From an uncultured Clostridia bacterium (GTDB lineage Bacteria > Bacillota > Clostridia > Christensenellales > UBA1242): 64,000 nucleotides of DNA. Location of the stretch: contig CANRQB010000003.1 of the NCBI GenBank assembly GCA_947632645.1, forward strand, positions 10,482-74,481, read 5' to 3'. This document shows positions 36,212 through 51,200 of the stretch, one piece after another. Position numbers and translations under genes: made by a program. The notes beneath the pieces were generated by a model. It ran no database searches. It was not told where the DNA came from and worked only from the letters and a program-made list of their open reading frames with translations. How positions within the stretch are numbered: position 1 is the stretch's first letter; each line of letters opens with the position of its first letter.

Positions 36212-36247
36212 AAAAATAATAATACTTGTTAGGAGAAGTGCCTAATA

Positions 36248-39200
36248 TTGCGAGGGGTTATGGGTAAATTTAAAAAGGTATTTGCAATTTTTGTGTCGGT
36301 TATACTTTTTGCAGTGTGCGGTTTTTTAACGGGCTGCGGCAATAAATATAAAAATTTAAAGTGGGAAATTTCCTATTCGCTAACTCAAGAAGGGGAAATG
36401 CAATGGGTAAAACTAGATAACAACAATTTAAATTTAAATTTTGGCCAGGGCGGCAATATTCTTGCTGACGAGGATGGCAGTATCCACTGCAATTTATACA
36501 TCAAAGCAAAAATAAATGGGGTTAAGGGCAACCACCTTGGGCAAATAATCGTAACCAATACGGGCAGTGGCAACAACAGCGGCGGCGCCCTATCCATATC
36601 TAGAACTATCAATAATAATGAATACATAACCATTAGGTTAGACCTTTCTAAAGAAGAAAATATATCCACTCAACTTAATTTTCGCGAAATAAATTCGGGC
36701 AAAAACACCAATGTAAACTTAAGTGTCTCGCCTTTATTGTCCAGCATGTCGATGGATGTAAATAAACTTACTCCGGCCGTGTTGGGCGCAAGCGTACAGC
36801 TAGATGCAAGCAAATCTATTTTATTTTCACCAATAGGCACCACCGATCGTGATGTCCAATTTTCATTTGATGGGGTGGTTGGTAGCTACACCTCTCGTTA
36901 TGATTTAGCCACTGGCGGAAACGAACTTAGCGAGGATGAATTTACACGAGATAGCACAACCGACACTTCTAAAATAACGGTGTCGCCAACCGGGCTTGTA
37001 ACAATCCCTGCCGATTATCAACTAACCAAAAACAACTATGTGGTGCGCGTTAAAGCCACAAGCATATCAAACCCTAGCATGTCCTGCTATGTTGATGTGT
37101 ATGTTGTGGATGGCAAAAACAAACAAATAGCTTTAAATTTTAACAACTCTACTGCAACCCCAGTGCAAGACGAATTTTCACTTTATCTAACCCTAACCAA
37201 AACTGCTAGCGCAAACTCGGGCGAAAATAGCGAGGCAGTGTCCTTGTTTAATAAAGCGGAATTGGTGCTAAACAACGACGAAATTTCGAATGATATATAT
37301 TTTAAGGGCTTGCAAACAAAAAATCGCAACATCCGCGCAAAATATACACCAGAGGTGTATATAAGCGGCAAAAATAGGGATGCTAGCCCAGTTGCAAGTG
37401 GCGAAATTAAAGAGGGCCTAAAAGTTTCTAACACGGACAATCTTTATGTGGTAGAGGCGGTAGACCCAAATGTGGATTTTAGCGCAGATAGATATTTAAA
37501 CTTTAAATACGTTTTGGAGGGGTTTGAATATAGTGACCTTTTGCCAACCTTTGCCAGCGAGGATATTAAGGTTAATTTGTCTTATCTAGCAAATGCAATC
37601 GAGGCAAACAACCTTACCGATTTAGACCCATCCACGCCTGAATTGGATACTATAATTTACAACACACAAGACACAATTTTAACTTCGTTTGACGTGTCGC
37701 CAAAGATGGCTAAATATAATTTTAGCGAAGACAATAAAATTTTAATTGAGCCATTGCTAGACAGCTCGTCTAATGGTACACTTACCTTTAACGGACAAGC
37801 CGATTTGGCGGTTGAACAAAACGAGCAGGTTAAAATTGCGCTAAACGGTAGTAGCGCACGCTTTAAAGTTAGCGTTAGATGCGTGCCAGAAGTGTTTGCG
37901 GGCGAAGAGGTAGACTCTACATATGTTAACATTAAAAAAGAAGTGAGCCTTATTGTAAACGTGCAGAAAGTTGTTACAGCATCTAAAGTAGAAGCGTACG
38001 CCAATCAGCAAACCAGATGGTCGTCTAGCGAGCTGGATGGGGCAATCAACCTAAATTTCGACGATATAAAAAGTGTATATTTAAAAGTGTATTTCGACGC
38101 TGACGATGCGCAAAATTTTGTGCCATCTAGCGTTGCGCTTAATGTAGCAAACAATGCAATACAATTTGTAACCGATAGTGGCGAAAGGGTTTCTAACATA
38201 AATTTAAGCCAGCTAATCCCTATTGCAAGAAAACCAGTTGGCGAAGCCGGGCAAAACTATTTTTGGTATAAAATAGATTTAGAAACAAGCGGAGCAACGG
38301 TTTACGACACCTTTAACATCGGCGTTAAAGCGGGCGACGGCAGGGTTAATTTGTCTAGCGATTCGGATGCCAACTTTACAATTAGATATGTAACCCCTTC
38401 TAATGGCAATTTTAGGGTTTTAACCGACAACACCAACAATAATATCTTAATAGAAGATAACAATCTATCCTCAACCGCATACGCTGTGGCAATAACTGGC
38501 AACAGCGCCAACTTTAGTTTGGTGGATAGTTTAAATAGCGCAACAGGCATAAAGGAAATTAAGGTTGTGCCATCTAGGAGTGTGCCACTAAGCAATTCGC
38601 AATTTAGTGGCAATGCCGAAATTTTGCCAAACACTTATAGCGCTACCAACACATTTAGCTTTAATCCAAAAGGCGAGTATACGCAAATTTTGGATGTTTA
38701 TGTGCATTACTACGCCAAGGATAATGGCATAATAAAACTTATTAAAAACTATGTGGATTTGCAAGAACAGCCAACGCTTACCGTTCAGCTTGCTGCGTTT
38801 AGGCGTGCAACAAAAATTAATATTACAAAAATCACCGACACAAATGATGCGGACACCAATCTGGACAACTTGCGTGTGGCATATTTCGAGGGGTTCCCAC
38901 AAGCAGGCGAGTTAAAATTAAATATTTCCACCGACGAAAATGTTAAAAACGAGGTTTATTTCCTTGCTGCTAATGGCGAGGTTATAACCAAAACGGGCGT
39001 TAACAATTTGGCAGTAAGGCTTGGGCAAAACGAGGCAATCGCTTCTGGCCAAAACAGCTATTACGATCAAGCAGTAAATTTGCAAATAGACCCTAGCCAA
39101 AACGGAAAAATAGTCACCTTTAATTTAAGCAAACAATATTCAGCTGAACTGTTTAGGCTTAATATTGGTACGCTTACTTTAGGCCAATTTTCCGACAATA

Positions 39201-42200
39201 AAGAACTTTTGGTGCGCGTGGTTGGCTTTAGCAAAACCACCCAAATTGCACTTGATGCCGATGGGCTAGAAAATAATAACATATACACCTCGTTTATAGA
39301 TGGCAAGGATATACAATTTGATATAACCGCAATTGTAAGTTGGGCTCAAATTTTAAACAACAATCTAACCAACGGAAAGCTGGGCTATCAGTTGTATAAA
39401 TATTTGCAAAATCCCGACGGCAGCTTAAGCTATAAAGATGGCAAAGCAGAGTGCTATCAAATTGAAGATTTAGAGGGAATATCGATAGACGATTTCACCT
39501 ATCAACCGCAGCAATCTTCCACCAGTTTAACCGCAAAAACAAAATTTACTGCCACATACACTGGAACAAATTTGTTGGGCGGTGTATATAAACTTATTAT
39601 TGGCACGTTAGATTCGTATAGCGAGTTAAATGGCTATACAACCTATCAAGAAATAACCATATTTATAGGCGACGGCAGCATAGCAAACAAATTTAGCATT
39701 TCAAGTCAGCAAGATTTTGAAAAGATAAACAACAACCTATCTGCGCACTATGTTTTAACAGAGGATATTACTTTAAATGAAGAGTTTGTTCCAATTGGAT
39801 TTGCGGCTAACCAAATTGAAATATTCACCGGCAGTTTAACCGGTAGAAATGTGATGTATGTGGACGGTAGAGAATTTGTAGAGCAACACAGCATAACACT
39901 AACACTTAATATGGCAAACGCAAGGCAATATAATGGCGAATATTTGCTTGGTTTGTTTGCATATCTTGGCACAAACACAACCGATAGCGCAATAGACAAC
40001 GTTACTAACATACAACTTGAGCTTAACTTTACCGGCAACTTTTCTAGCGAAGCAAGCGCGGTAGTAGGTGGGGTTGCCGCCATAAATAGGGGCAGAATTA
40101 GTGCGGTAGACATTACACTAAATAACCAAATATCGTTTGCTGGGCTAAACAATTTAACCTTTGGTGGATATGTGGGCAGAAATTTTGGCAGGGTGGATGT
40201 TAAAAACGCTAAAATTTCTAACGAAAGCACCAATGTTAATATAGATGTTTCAAATAGTAGCTTTGGTTTGATTGCGGGTGAAATGTCTAACGATGCAGAG
40301 ATTGTTGGCAATTTTGACAGCAACAAATTTATGAACTTAGCATATAACGTTGCAGCTAATATAGTTGTAAATTTGGCGGAAAATAGCACACTTGATTTTG
40401 GCTTGGCAGCGGGCAAAGTGCAGTCAGGCAAAATTGCCAACCTAGCAGTTGGCGGAAATGTTAGTATAAATGGTGTATCGGCCACCGCATATGTTGGCTT
40501 AGTGGGCAGTGCACAAAATGCAAGGGTGTCTTATTCGGCAGTTGTAAGCGCAAACATCACCAACAACGCATCTAGCGGTAGCGTGGCAGGTATAGTTGCA
40601 AATTCGCTTGGCGGCAACACAATAAATAATTGCAAAGTTATGTTCGATTTGCTTGGCGCTAGGGGCGAGGACAATTTATCTAAATTCACCTCTACCAGCC
40701 AGCAAGTGCTTATTGCGGGTGTGCTGGTTGCAAACACCGCAGTGCAGGATACAATAATTTATGTTTCTGTAGAAAATATTTCTAGCAGCAATAAATTGGC
40801 AATTGATGGCGCGGGCGAAGTTGCTGGCTTGGTGCTAAATTCGGGCAACACAAATCTATCGGTAAGTTTTGCGGCTATCAACATGTCGGGCAGCACAATT
40901 TATCCAATTTCTAACACTAGTGAAGAAAATTGCTATTATATCGGTCAAGTTGAAAGTTACGAAAAATTTACCAAAAACGATAAGGCAGTAAATAGCTATG
41001 CAGTGGTTGTATTGGGCGATAAGCTGTACTCTGTTTATCAACAAAAAGAGTACAAAGTAGAGGAAATTGACTTTAGCCAGTTCTTTAACGAAGAGCCATT
41101 AACCAAATGGGATATAGATGATGGCGAGTTTTATTCGCACAACTACTATGATAGCGAGTATAATAAGGTTGATGACTACAGCTCTTTGCAAGACGATCAA
41201 CAGTATTACGAATTAAAAGAAGAGTGGGATGCAAATGTTGACTACTATGGTTCAAATGGCACAGTTGACACTTATTATAGTATTGGCGAATTTAGCAACG
41301 AGTTTAGTTATTATTCACTTTCTAGTTTTGTAAACGATTTATATGAGGCAATTTTGCCAAATGTTATACAAGACAGCACTATAGAAAATCAATTTACAAA
41401 CATTTGGGGGCTAGGGCAGCACAACCAAATAGATTTGGGCGAATTTAGCTTTAATTTGCCATATTTAAAATATGATGGCAAAGCGCTTAATGTAGATCGC
41501 ACACAAAGTTTTTATGTGTCGGCAATATCGCAAAACAAACAACAAGTTAGCCATGTGCAAAAAACCGACAGTGGCTATGTAGCAATTATAAACTACCACT
41601 CGTTAGGCAGCATTCCACAGGACGCTGCGCTTGATGTCGATAACAAATTTAACACCTACAACATTATAAACAACGGCTCAAACAATGGTTTAATTACAAT
41701 TGTTGGTGCGGGCAATGTAAGCTTAAGCTTCGAAATTGTGTCGGGCGGCCAGTTTGCAGAAATTGTAAATTATACACAAATTAAATTTACTGGCGTAAGC
41801 GGTGCCCTACCTATCTGCCTACGAATATATAGCACGCTAACCAATTCGCACGAAGATGTAATTTTCTACACTCAATATGGCGCAACAGATGTGTCGGTTA
41901 CCGATAATGTCTCCAATTCGGTGGAAACATTAACCGGTTTGGGTGGCGCGTTAGAGTATGGCGTAAATGTGTATGTAACAAATTCGTCTAAAAACGATAG
42001 CGATATCTCACTCCAAATAAACGCGCAAAACAGGGTAGGCCTAAATAGCTTTAATTCTATTTTACAAAATTTGAACGTGGAAGTTCAAAATAATATTTCA
42101 TTAAATTTGGTTTGCCTAGAATCGGATAAACAAGATTATCTCACCTATAGGCAATCTGGGCAAAGCGTGGTTATTAGCCCAAATAAAGATGTTTTAAGCC

Positions 42201-45200
42201 AAGTGGAGTCTAGCAGGGTAGAGGTTAGATATCTATTAAAATTAGAGTTTGTTAAAAACTACTACACACAAAACAACGCAGATTTTAATGGCGAGAATAT
42301 AAATTACGGGCAAGTTTATATAACCTTTACAATTTATCAAGCGGCAACCGAAATATACTCGTCTAACACCAGCTACGAAATTGGCGTTGGCACAACAGCA
42401 AAAATAGATACAACTCTTATAACAACCAGAACGGGCGGCCTATCTAGCGACGTGCCTTTAAATTTTGTTAAGGGCGAAATTAACCCTAACCACCTTATTG
42501 TGCAAGACGACAAAGCCGACAGTTTATACATCGATTTTGAACTGGTAGAGGGCGAGGATGTATTTAATGCAATAAAAAATTATACAGGCATTTCCTCGAT
42601 AACTGACTGGTTTGATAACTATAATGGCATTTTAATTTCTAAATCGGTTAAAGAAGATGGCAAAATTGAATATTCCATAAGCTTAACCGTTAAAAACGAG
42701 TTTAACTTTAGGCGTATAACTAGCAACATTAAACTTAAAATTAAAATGTACGCACAAAGCAACCAGCAAATAAGCAACGAAATTTTGTTAACCGTAAAAC
42801 CAGAGCAACTAAACGAAAACAAAATTCAAATAAACGCTTATAAAATTAGGCAAAATCAAATTATAGACAATAATGGGCATGCTATTGTTATAGAGTCTAA
42901 CGAAACTGAAAGCGTTCAATCTGGCACTGCGGGCGGACTTTTGGTTATAAGTTTGCAACCAAGCTACACAAACATCGATTTTAGCGACATCCGCCTTACT
43001 AGCGAAAGGGTTGGCGAAACATACATCCAGTTCGAACAGATGATACTCGATCGCCAAACCGGGCAATATATAACCTATATAAATAATAATGATATATTAG
43101 ATGGCGACATTATTGTAGGCAAACGCCTTGCACCATATAGCGAGCGCGTGCTAGAAGATGGCGAATATAAATTTATCTATACTGGCACCTTCTATGTGCG
43201 TATGTATCTATCTAAATTTGTGGTACAAGGGCAACAAGTTGGCATAAATTTGGATGTAAACAAAATTAATGAAGATAACTCGTTAGAGCCAGTTAATCTG
43301 CACAAAAATTTATACACCGAATTTGTTGCTAATGTTATTCCAACATACGAAGGTGGCTACGAGGTTGGATCAAATGGCTACGAGTGGGTTATCGACGGGG
43401 AAACTAGCGAACAATACAACAGCTATCTAATCCAAAAGAACAGCACAAACAATGTGGTTAAACTAAGGATTTATGGCTACGAATACAACTCGCAACCAAC
43501 TATAAGCTTTAACAAACTTATAAAAACCCAAAATAATTTTGAATACACATTAGGCGATACTATAGACATAGGCTATAGGTTTAACACAAACTTTGGTGTT
43601 CCGCCGGTTAAAGAAAGCGACGGCGCATATGTTATAGAAATTGTGCTATCCGTGGGCGATATTGACACTCCATTTATTATAAATACTAATTTAAATGTTT
43701 CTTTGGATGGGGTTGGGCATTTTACAAACAACAAAATAATATTCCACCCAACCGACCACATTATACAAGACATCAGGCTAGACGAGGTTGTAAATGGCGA
43801 ATTTAGAATCAACTTAGGCTCCAGCAGGGCAGTTAACATCTCGTTTGAAACTAAAAACGGCAGCGGCAATGTAGCACTTAACGACATCTTTAGAGAAGAT
43901 TTACAAGACATTATTAACCTGTACACAATAAATAATGGCGAATACCTAAATCCGGAAGCAGACTACACTATATTTGATATAAACAAGGCACAAACCGAAA
44001 ACAGCAAGGCACTTGTGCTGCGCGCAAAAACACCAGGAAATGTGGCGTTTAAATTTGAACTTGACTACTACTACGAGATGCAAGACAATGGCTGCTTTAA
44101 TGTTCACTTTGGCACAAAAGCGGGCGACACTATCTACCCATACTCTAAGCGCATCGACTTTACTTTGGTGGTTAACGATGCATACTCTAGCGAAACCGCA
44201 CCAATAGCAATAAGAAACGAAGCGGAATTTTTGGCAATAAACGGCACAACAAGCGAATCCAACTACATATTAATGGCAGATTTAACACTAGAAAACTACC
44301 CAACAATAACTGCCAACTTTAACAGTTTTGATGGCAATAATCACATAATTACCATTAAGAGTTTTTCGTCCGATCAACTTGCTAGCTATGGTTTGTTCTC
44401 CACTATTGGAAGTGCAGAGGAGGGCAGAACCACAACACTTAAAAATATAATTGTAAGCTATCAAGATGTAAACCTAAATTTAACCGATAACGAAACCGCA
44501 CTAACCTCAACCGAAAATGGTGTTGTGTTTGGTGGTTTGGTTGCAAATTTAAACGAAGGCGGAATTATTTACAACTGCGATGTTATGAATGTAAGCCTAA
44601 CCGAGGCAGCCACATTAAACTCTATCAACATAACAATGCCAAACAATCCTAACGCAAAAATAACCTTTGGCGGCATGGTGGGCATTAACAACAACGGCAT
44701 TATAACCAACAGCCGTGTTGGTGCAGAAGAGTATTTGCAAATTAGGGAAAGCAACGGCGTTATTTTAGAAAAACCATACGAAACCGAGGTTGTAACATTT
44801 AACATCGGCAACACCAACGCCGATACAAATCAATTTATAGGCATAACGGGTGGCTTTGTTGGTGTAAATGCGGGCAGAATTGCAAGTTCGTTTGTGCAAA
44901 GAACAAATCTGTATAACTATTCTAAGGCAGAAACTAGCCAAACCGCTGGGTTTGTCGCGCAAAACGGAATAGCTGGCTTAATATCTTATAGCTATGTAAA
45001 AAGTTTGCCAGTAACTAATATTAAAGAGTTGTCTCTCGGCACGGCAATCGAAAACAAAAGCAGCGGCAATGTTGCTGGCTTTGTACATCTAAATATGGGT
45101 GAGGTGTCTAACTGCTATGCCAATGTGGAAGTTAAATCTAAATCCACCTTTATATCTGGCTTTGTATTTAGAAACGACAGCACTGGCTACATTCACGAAT

Positions 45201-48200
45201 GCTACGCTGCCGCAACCCTAAACGGCAACAGGGCGGATGCCGGCACACAAAACAATATATCCGAGCAACCATTTGTTGGCTACAAAAATGGCGATGTGCA
45301 ATCGTACGGCAAAATGGAAAATGTATATTTCTACAACAACAGCTCTAACATACATCAAGTTACTCAAACCGAGCGCCCTATTGCAGTAGATTTAAACAAA
45401 GCAAACATACAAAATCCTAAATATTTGCACGGCTTTGCCTTTGTTATGAGCGATAACAGCATAAGAGAGCGCAACCAAGGCGTTTGGTCGTATTACGAAT
45501 ATGACACCAATAATACACGTGTTTTGCCAGAAATTAACACGGCAAACAACATAGCACACAGCTATAGATATTACGACGAAAATTCGCAATTGGTGTACGC
45601 GTTTAAATATAATTTGGGCTCTAGCAACAACCCAGACATTATACGCAACATAACCGATTATAACGAAGTGTTTGGCGGCAACGACGATAGCGGCAATGCA
45701 AGAAACTTCTACACCGGGCATGTGCGCTTTATAAACGATTTGGATTTTGAAAATATCTACATTCCTATCACAAGCAAAAACTACACTTTGGGTAGCGATG
45801 AAGAAATTGCCAGCATAGAAGGCAACGGCATGAAAATTAAAAATGTAAGATTTTCTACCAACGCGCACGAAACAACAAACGAAATTGGTTTGTTTGCAAA
45901 TATTAAAAATAGCTACATCAAAAACCTAACAATAACTCTTGGCAACGAGCCAAGCGTGGGCAACACCAAATATCTTGGCGCGCTTGCAGGCAAGGTGGAA
46001 GATAGCGTGCTTATAAACATCGATATCGATGGCGCAAATATCAAACTAGAAGGCAGCAACTTTGTTGGTGGACTTGCCGGCATTATAACGGGCAGCAGTT
46101 TAATTTATGGCGTAAGCTCTAATGTAAGCGTGGTTGCCGACGTTAACAAGGGCGCAGATGCCAACATCTACTACAACCGTGCAGATTTTGATGCGATGAA
46201 GCAGCAAGGTTATTTCGCACGCGTAAGTTACGAAGAGTATCTAGATAACGCTGATAGAACAAGCTCGGATGGCTTATCGTACGCAGGTGGCATAGCCGGT
46301 GTTATCGACCTTGTTCGCCGTGGGCAAGAAGAGTTTAACATGCAATTTATAACCATAAACAAACCACAATCGGCTTATGATAGTGGCGTTAACTACAGTC
46401 AAGTTATCGATGCAGACTTTGCAGGTGGTGTGGCTGGCTATTTTGGTGGCGGAGATAAGGATAATGTAATTAAAGCTAAAAAGATTAAATTTTACACACT
46501 AACATCTAATGCCGAAGGCGAAACGGGCAGCCAAATTGTTGGTGGAAACACTGCCGGTGGCTTGTTTGCAATATCCAACGGGCATATCGAGGCATCGCAA
46601 GTTACCAGTGTAGAAAAGGAGATAGATGCCGAGGCATTATACAATCAATACGATATAGATACCGCTTTTGCCAAACATGTTACAAACACCGAACAAGCGC
46701 TAGATAAAACTGCGGCGGGCAATCTAAACCTTATTTCGGGTAAAAGCTACGCAGGTGGTTTGGTGGGCATAAGCTTAAATGCAAACCTAACCAGTGTTTA
46801 TGCAAAAGCTGGGTTCGATTTAAGCAAGGCCACAAACTCTACCGTGGTGGGCGGTTTGGTTGGCTTGTCTATTGGTGGGCAGGTTTCGTACTCGTACGCT
46901 GTGCCATTTATAAACAAAACAGCAAATAATATTACACTTGGTGGCTTAATTGGTAGGGTGTATAACTACAACATCGAAACAGATGTAAACAACATAGCAA
47001 ACGCTAAAGAAAAACAAGCTTATATTTACACAACAAATGTGTTTAACAACACTTCCGAGTTTATTGCACAATACACCTTCTCTACCTTAATTAAAGAAAA
47101 ATCCACAACTGTAGAAAGCGAAAATATACGCTACTTTATTGCCGATTCTAATGCTAAAGAAACGTATAAAGTGGATGGCTCTAATTTAATTTCGGTTTAT
47201 GTTGGCACAAACTATACCTTTGATAGCATTGTACAAGATGCAGACATATCAAATGCAAATGAATATGGCGAAAGGGATCTGACCGATTTATACAACACAA
47301 GCATAGATGCTGTATTTAACGAGATATTTGAATCGTATAGCCAAACAAGCTATTGGAGTTTAAACAACAATAGATATTTCCCATTGCTTTTAGACGAACG
47401 CGCTTCTAATCGCATAGAAATTTGGGATGAATCTGATTTGCCAAGCATAAAAGCAAATCCGGATGGCGATTTTGCAATTAAAAAGGACTTTTCTATTACA
47501 GCAAAAGATGCAAACTATGTTTTGCCTATAACTTTCACTGGCAGCATAATAAGCGAAACTCTTAGTGGAGCAACTGCAACCATAACCATACAGGGCTTAA
47601 ATCCAAATGTTAACGGAAATGCTGGCTTCTTTAGAGAAACTAACGGAGCATATATAGAAAATATTATCTTTAACTGGCAACCTCAAGAAGACAATACAAG
47701 CGATAACCCTGCATCAGTCGATATAGGCAAAAACGGGGCGATTACAATAGATTACTTTGGCGGTGTGTCGGCTGTGGATACCGGCTCTACATTTAGGGCG
47801 CTACAAGTTGTATCTAAAGCTGCAAACACATCAATTACAGGGCAAATTTTAAAAACAAGCAACGATTCCAGCAGCATAGCTAAGTTTGGTGGTTTAATTG
47901 GTATTGGAACTGATAGTAGAGTTCAATCTTGCTTGTTCGACGCAAAACTTAATGCTAACGTAAAGGGATTTGGTGTTGACAGTACAGTAGCCTTTGGTGC
48001 CTTGGCAGCAGAAGCAATGGGTAGCAGTAGCATTACAGATAATCGAAGCGAATCCTCTAGTCAGGGCATGGCAGAAGAAGAGGACGGCGATTTAAATAAA
48101 AATCTGTCTATATCTGGGTTTAATGTAAGCAACGAGACTTCGTTTACACTTTACTCTGCCAATAACCAAAACGAAACAGTTTCTAATGCTTACATCGGCT

Positions 48201-51200
48201 TTGTTGTAGGTTATGTACAAGGAAATGCAGAAAATTCATTTATAAGTTCGCTAACAATTGGCGAATCTAGCAGCGCAAATACATCTAAGCCAACTATAAA
48301 TATTGGCCAAAACAACAACTTTAACGTGAACACATTAAATGTGGGTGCTGTTGCAGGTCGGTTGGATCAGCTTTTAGAAGTGTCTAATGCTAGGGTAGTT
48401 GCAGACATTAATTATAATTGCAAGCCAATATCTACTTTGCAACCAATAATAAATATAGGTGGTGTAGTGGGGAGTGTAAGCTCTTGCGCTATAAGCGAAG
48501 TTGTTTCGCAAGTTAATATAAATGTTAAACCTACCAATAATTCTAACTGTGCTGCCAAACTGTCTAATGGCTTTGCTTTAGCAGGTAATGTAACAATAAG
48601 TGAATGCTCGTTTATGGGTGAAATTGATGCCACACAAGGCGAAAATACATCAGACATAAGAAATATTGTAGCAGCGGGTGTAATTGCCGAAGCGGAATAT
48701 ACAGTAAATATAAACGATGTGTTTGCTTATCCTATTATAAATGCCGGCACTAGCACAACCGAAAGTTTGCACCTAGCCGGGCTTATTGCAAACAACAACT
48801 CTAAGCTAAACGCAAGCGGCATAATGCTAGGCGGTAGGTTAATGGTGGATAACTCTAACATCAACCCAAGCGGTAATGAAGAGGCAAACACAGATAATAG
48901 CCTATATATCGGCGGCATAATTGCAAATGGATATAAAAAGAATGTAACTATTTCTAATGCCGAAGTGTTAACCAGCATTTTAACCGACGGCCTAAAAAAT
49001 AGCGATGCGCAATATCTACAAAATGTAAATGCCTTGTTTGGTGGCAATATGGGTACAATCAATGGGAATATTGTGTACTCGTCAGATTTTGCATTGGTGG
49101 CAGAAAATTTGGATGGCGACAAAGACAAGATTTTCAACCTAACTGCACGCAACATAACAAGTGCAAACAACAATTGGTTAGATTATTGGCAAGGCGACAC
49201 ATCTAGCTTTGCGCGCGCTGCAAATGGTGCGCCATATCTATCAACAATTTCTAGGCAGCTAAATTCGCTTGGCATTTTGGCGGGCAACCAATATACAAAC
49301 AATGCAAATGCAACCCAATTTAGCCCACAACAATATTCAAATACGGATGACTACAGATATTATTTGGTAAGCGAAAGCCTGCCTGCAATAGAGGGTGCCT
49401 TTAAAGGTGTGCTAATTGGCACGGAAGAAATAGCGTTAACTGATACTATAAATTTAACCAATTTGGAAGGGCAAGACGAAGCGGGCATTATCCCTATAGT
49501 AGAAAAACACTCGGCAATTTCTAACATACACATCTTAGTTCAAACGGATATTTCTAGCGATGCAAATATAAAAGGCATACTGGTTGGCTTAAACCAGGGT
49601 GTAGTGTCTAACTGCTCGGTTGGCGGCACAAATATAAATCTTGCCACAACTGGCATTTTGGCTGGATTGGTTGGCCGCAACACTGGCACAATGCAATACT
49701 GCTACTCTAGCGCAGAATATGTAAGCATTTCGGCAAGCGAGTTTGCCGGGCTTGTATATGCTAATAATGGTAAGTTAGCATATAGCTATTTCACTGGCTA
49801 TATCGAAAATCAATCAACCGCATATGGAATTTTAGGAAATAACGGTCAAGCGCAAAACGAAGATCGTGGCTATCTATTCAGCAACTATATGGCGGGTGTT
49901 GTGGTTAATGTTAGCCCAAATGCAAATAGCTTTGGCAACTATGGTAACAACTACTACGGCAAATTTAACTATATAGATGCAAACGCAAACAGCGAACAAA
50001 TAACAAGGCAAGAAATAAGTTCAGACCCTAATACAGATAGCGGTGTGGCAATTGTAGACACTATAAACATTATGGCCGCTAATAAGTACACTACTGCCGA
50101 TCAGTGTCTACAAGGCATATGGCACACTATTGTTCAACAAACAACAGGGTCAGGTGATGCAATACATTATCAACTAAACAGTCAGGCGGCAACCTTTGGC
50201 TATAACTATGGCTATCCAGTTTATCGCTTTAACAAAGTTAGCGGTGTTAGCAGTAGTGTTATCGATGATAATAAATGGCAATTATACACCGGCGATGGCA
50301 AATGGCAAAAAGCCGGCGCTAGCGATGGAGACACACAAGAGCGTGCAAATAACTTGTTTAACAAAACAATGTACAACGATATGTACACGATGTACGATAA
50401 TGCTTACAAAATACCACACCTAGGCGTGCTTAAATCTGTTAATTTAATTGCAAACGATAACTTAAACTTTGTGTTTATATATAATATAGATGGCAAAATA
50501 AAAAATAGTTCCAACACCGCGTATGCAACCGCTGGTTCTATTGGCTCGGATGTTTGCGGTGGCTTTACAAACGATGCAAAACAATTCACCGGCGTGGTTG
50601 TATCCAACAAATATTACAACTTCACCGACTTAAACAGCGGGGACAGCGATGTAATAATATCTAACATAAGCACAAATGGCTTGTTTACAAATGTTAAAAA
50701 TTCGTACTTTGGCAACATAAAATTTGCGGGCAACTTCAATTTATTAAATGGGACTTCAGCTGCTGGTGTGTTAATTTCTAGCACTGCAGCAATTGAAAAT
50801 GATCAAAACAACGAACAAAACAATATATCAATTAACAATATAAATTTTGTATCGAATAATGAAACGAATGTAACCGAAATAACAATCAATAGCAGCGATA
50901 GAGAAACAGAAACTAGCGCAGCAGCCCTTATAGGTTTGGTTAACACAAGCACCACTGTTACAATAGGCAATTTTGGCATCATAGAAGGGTGCAACTTAAT
51001 CATATCTGGCAGCAGCGGAGAAAGCGACACTTCTACAAACTATGCTGGCTTAGTTGCTGGGCAAAATAAAGGGACAATTACTTTTTATTCGGGATTCGAC
51101 AATTTAAAAGTGGCATTTAATTCGTGCAATTATGCGGGCGGTTTAATCGGCTTAAACAACGGCGGCACACTAACCTTAGACAGCAGCAATAACAACAAAC

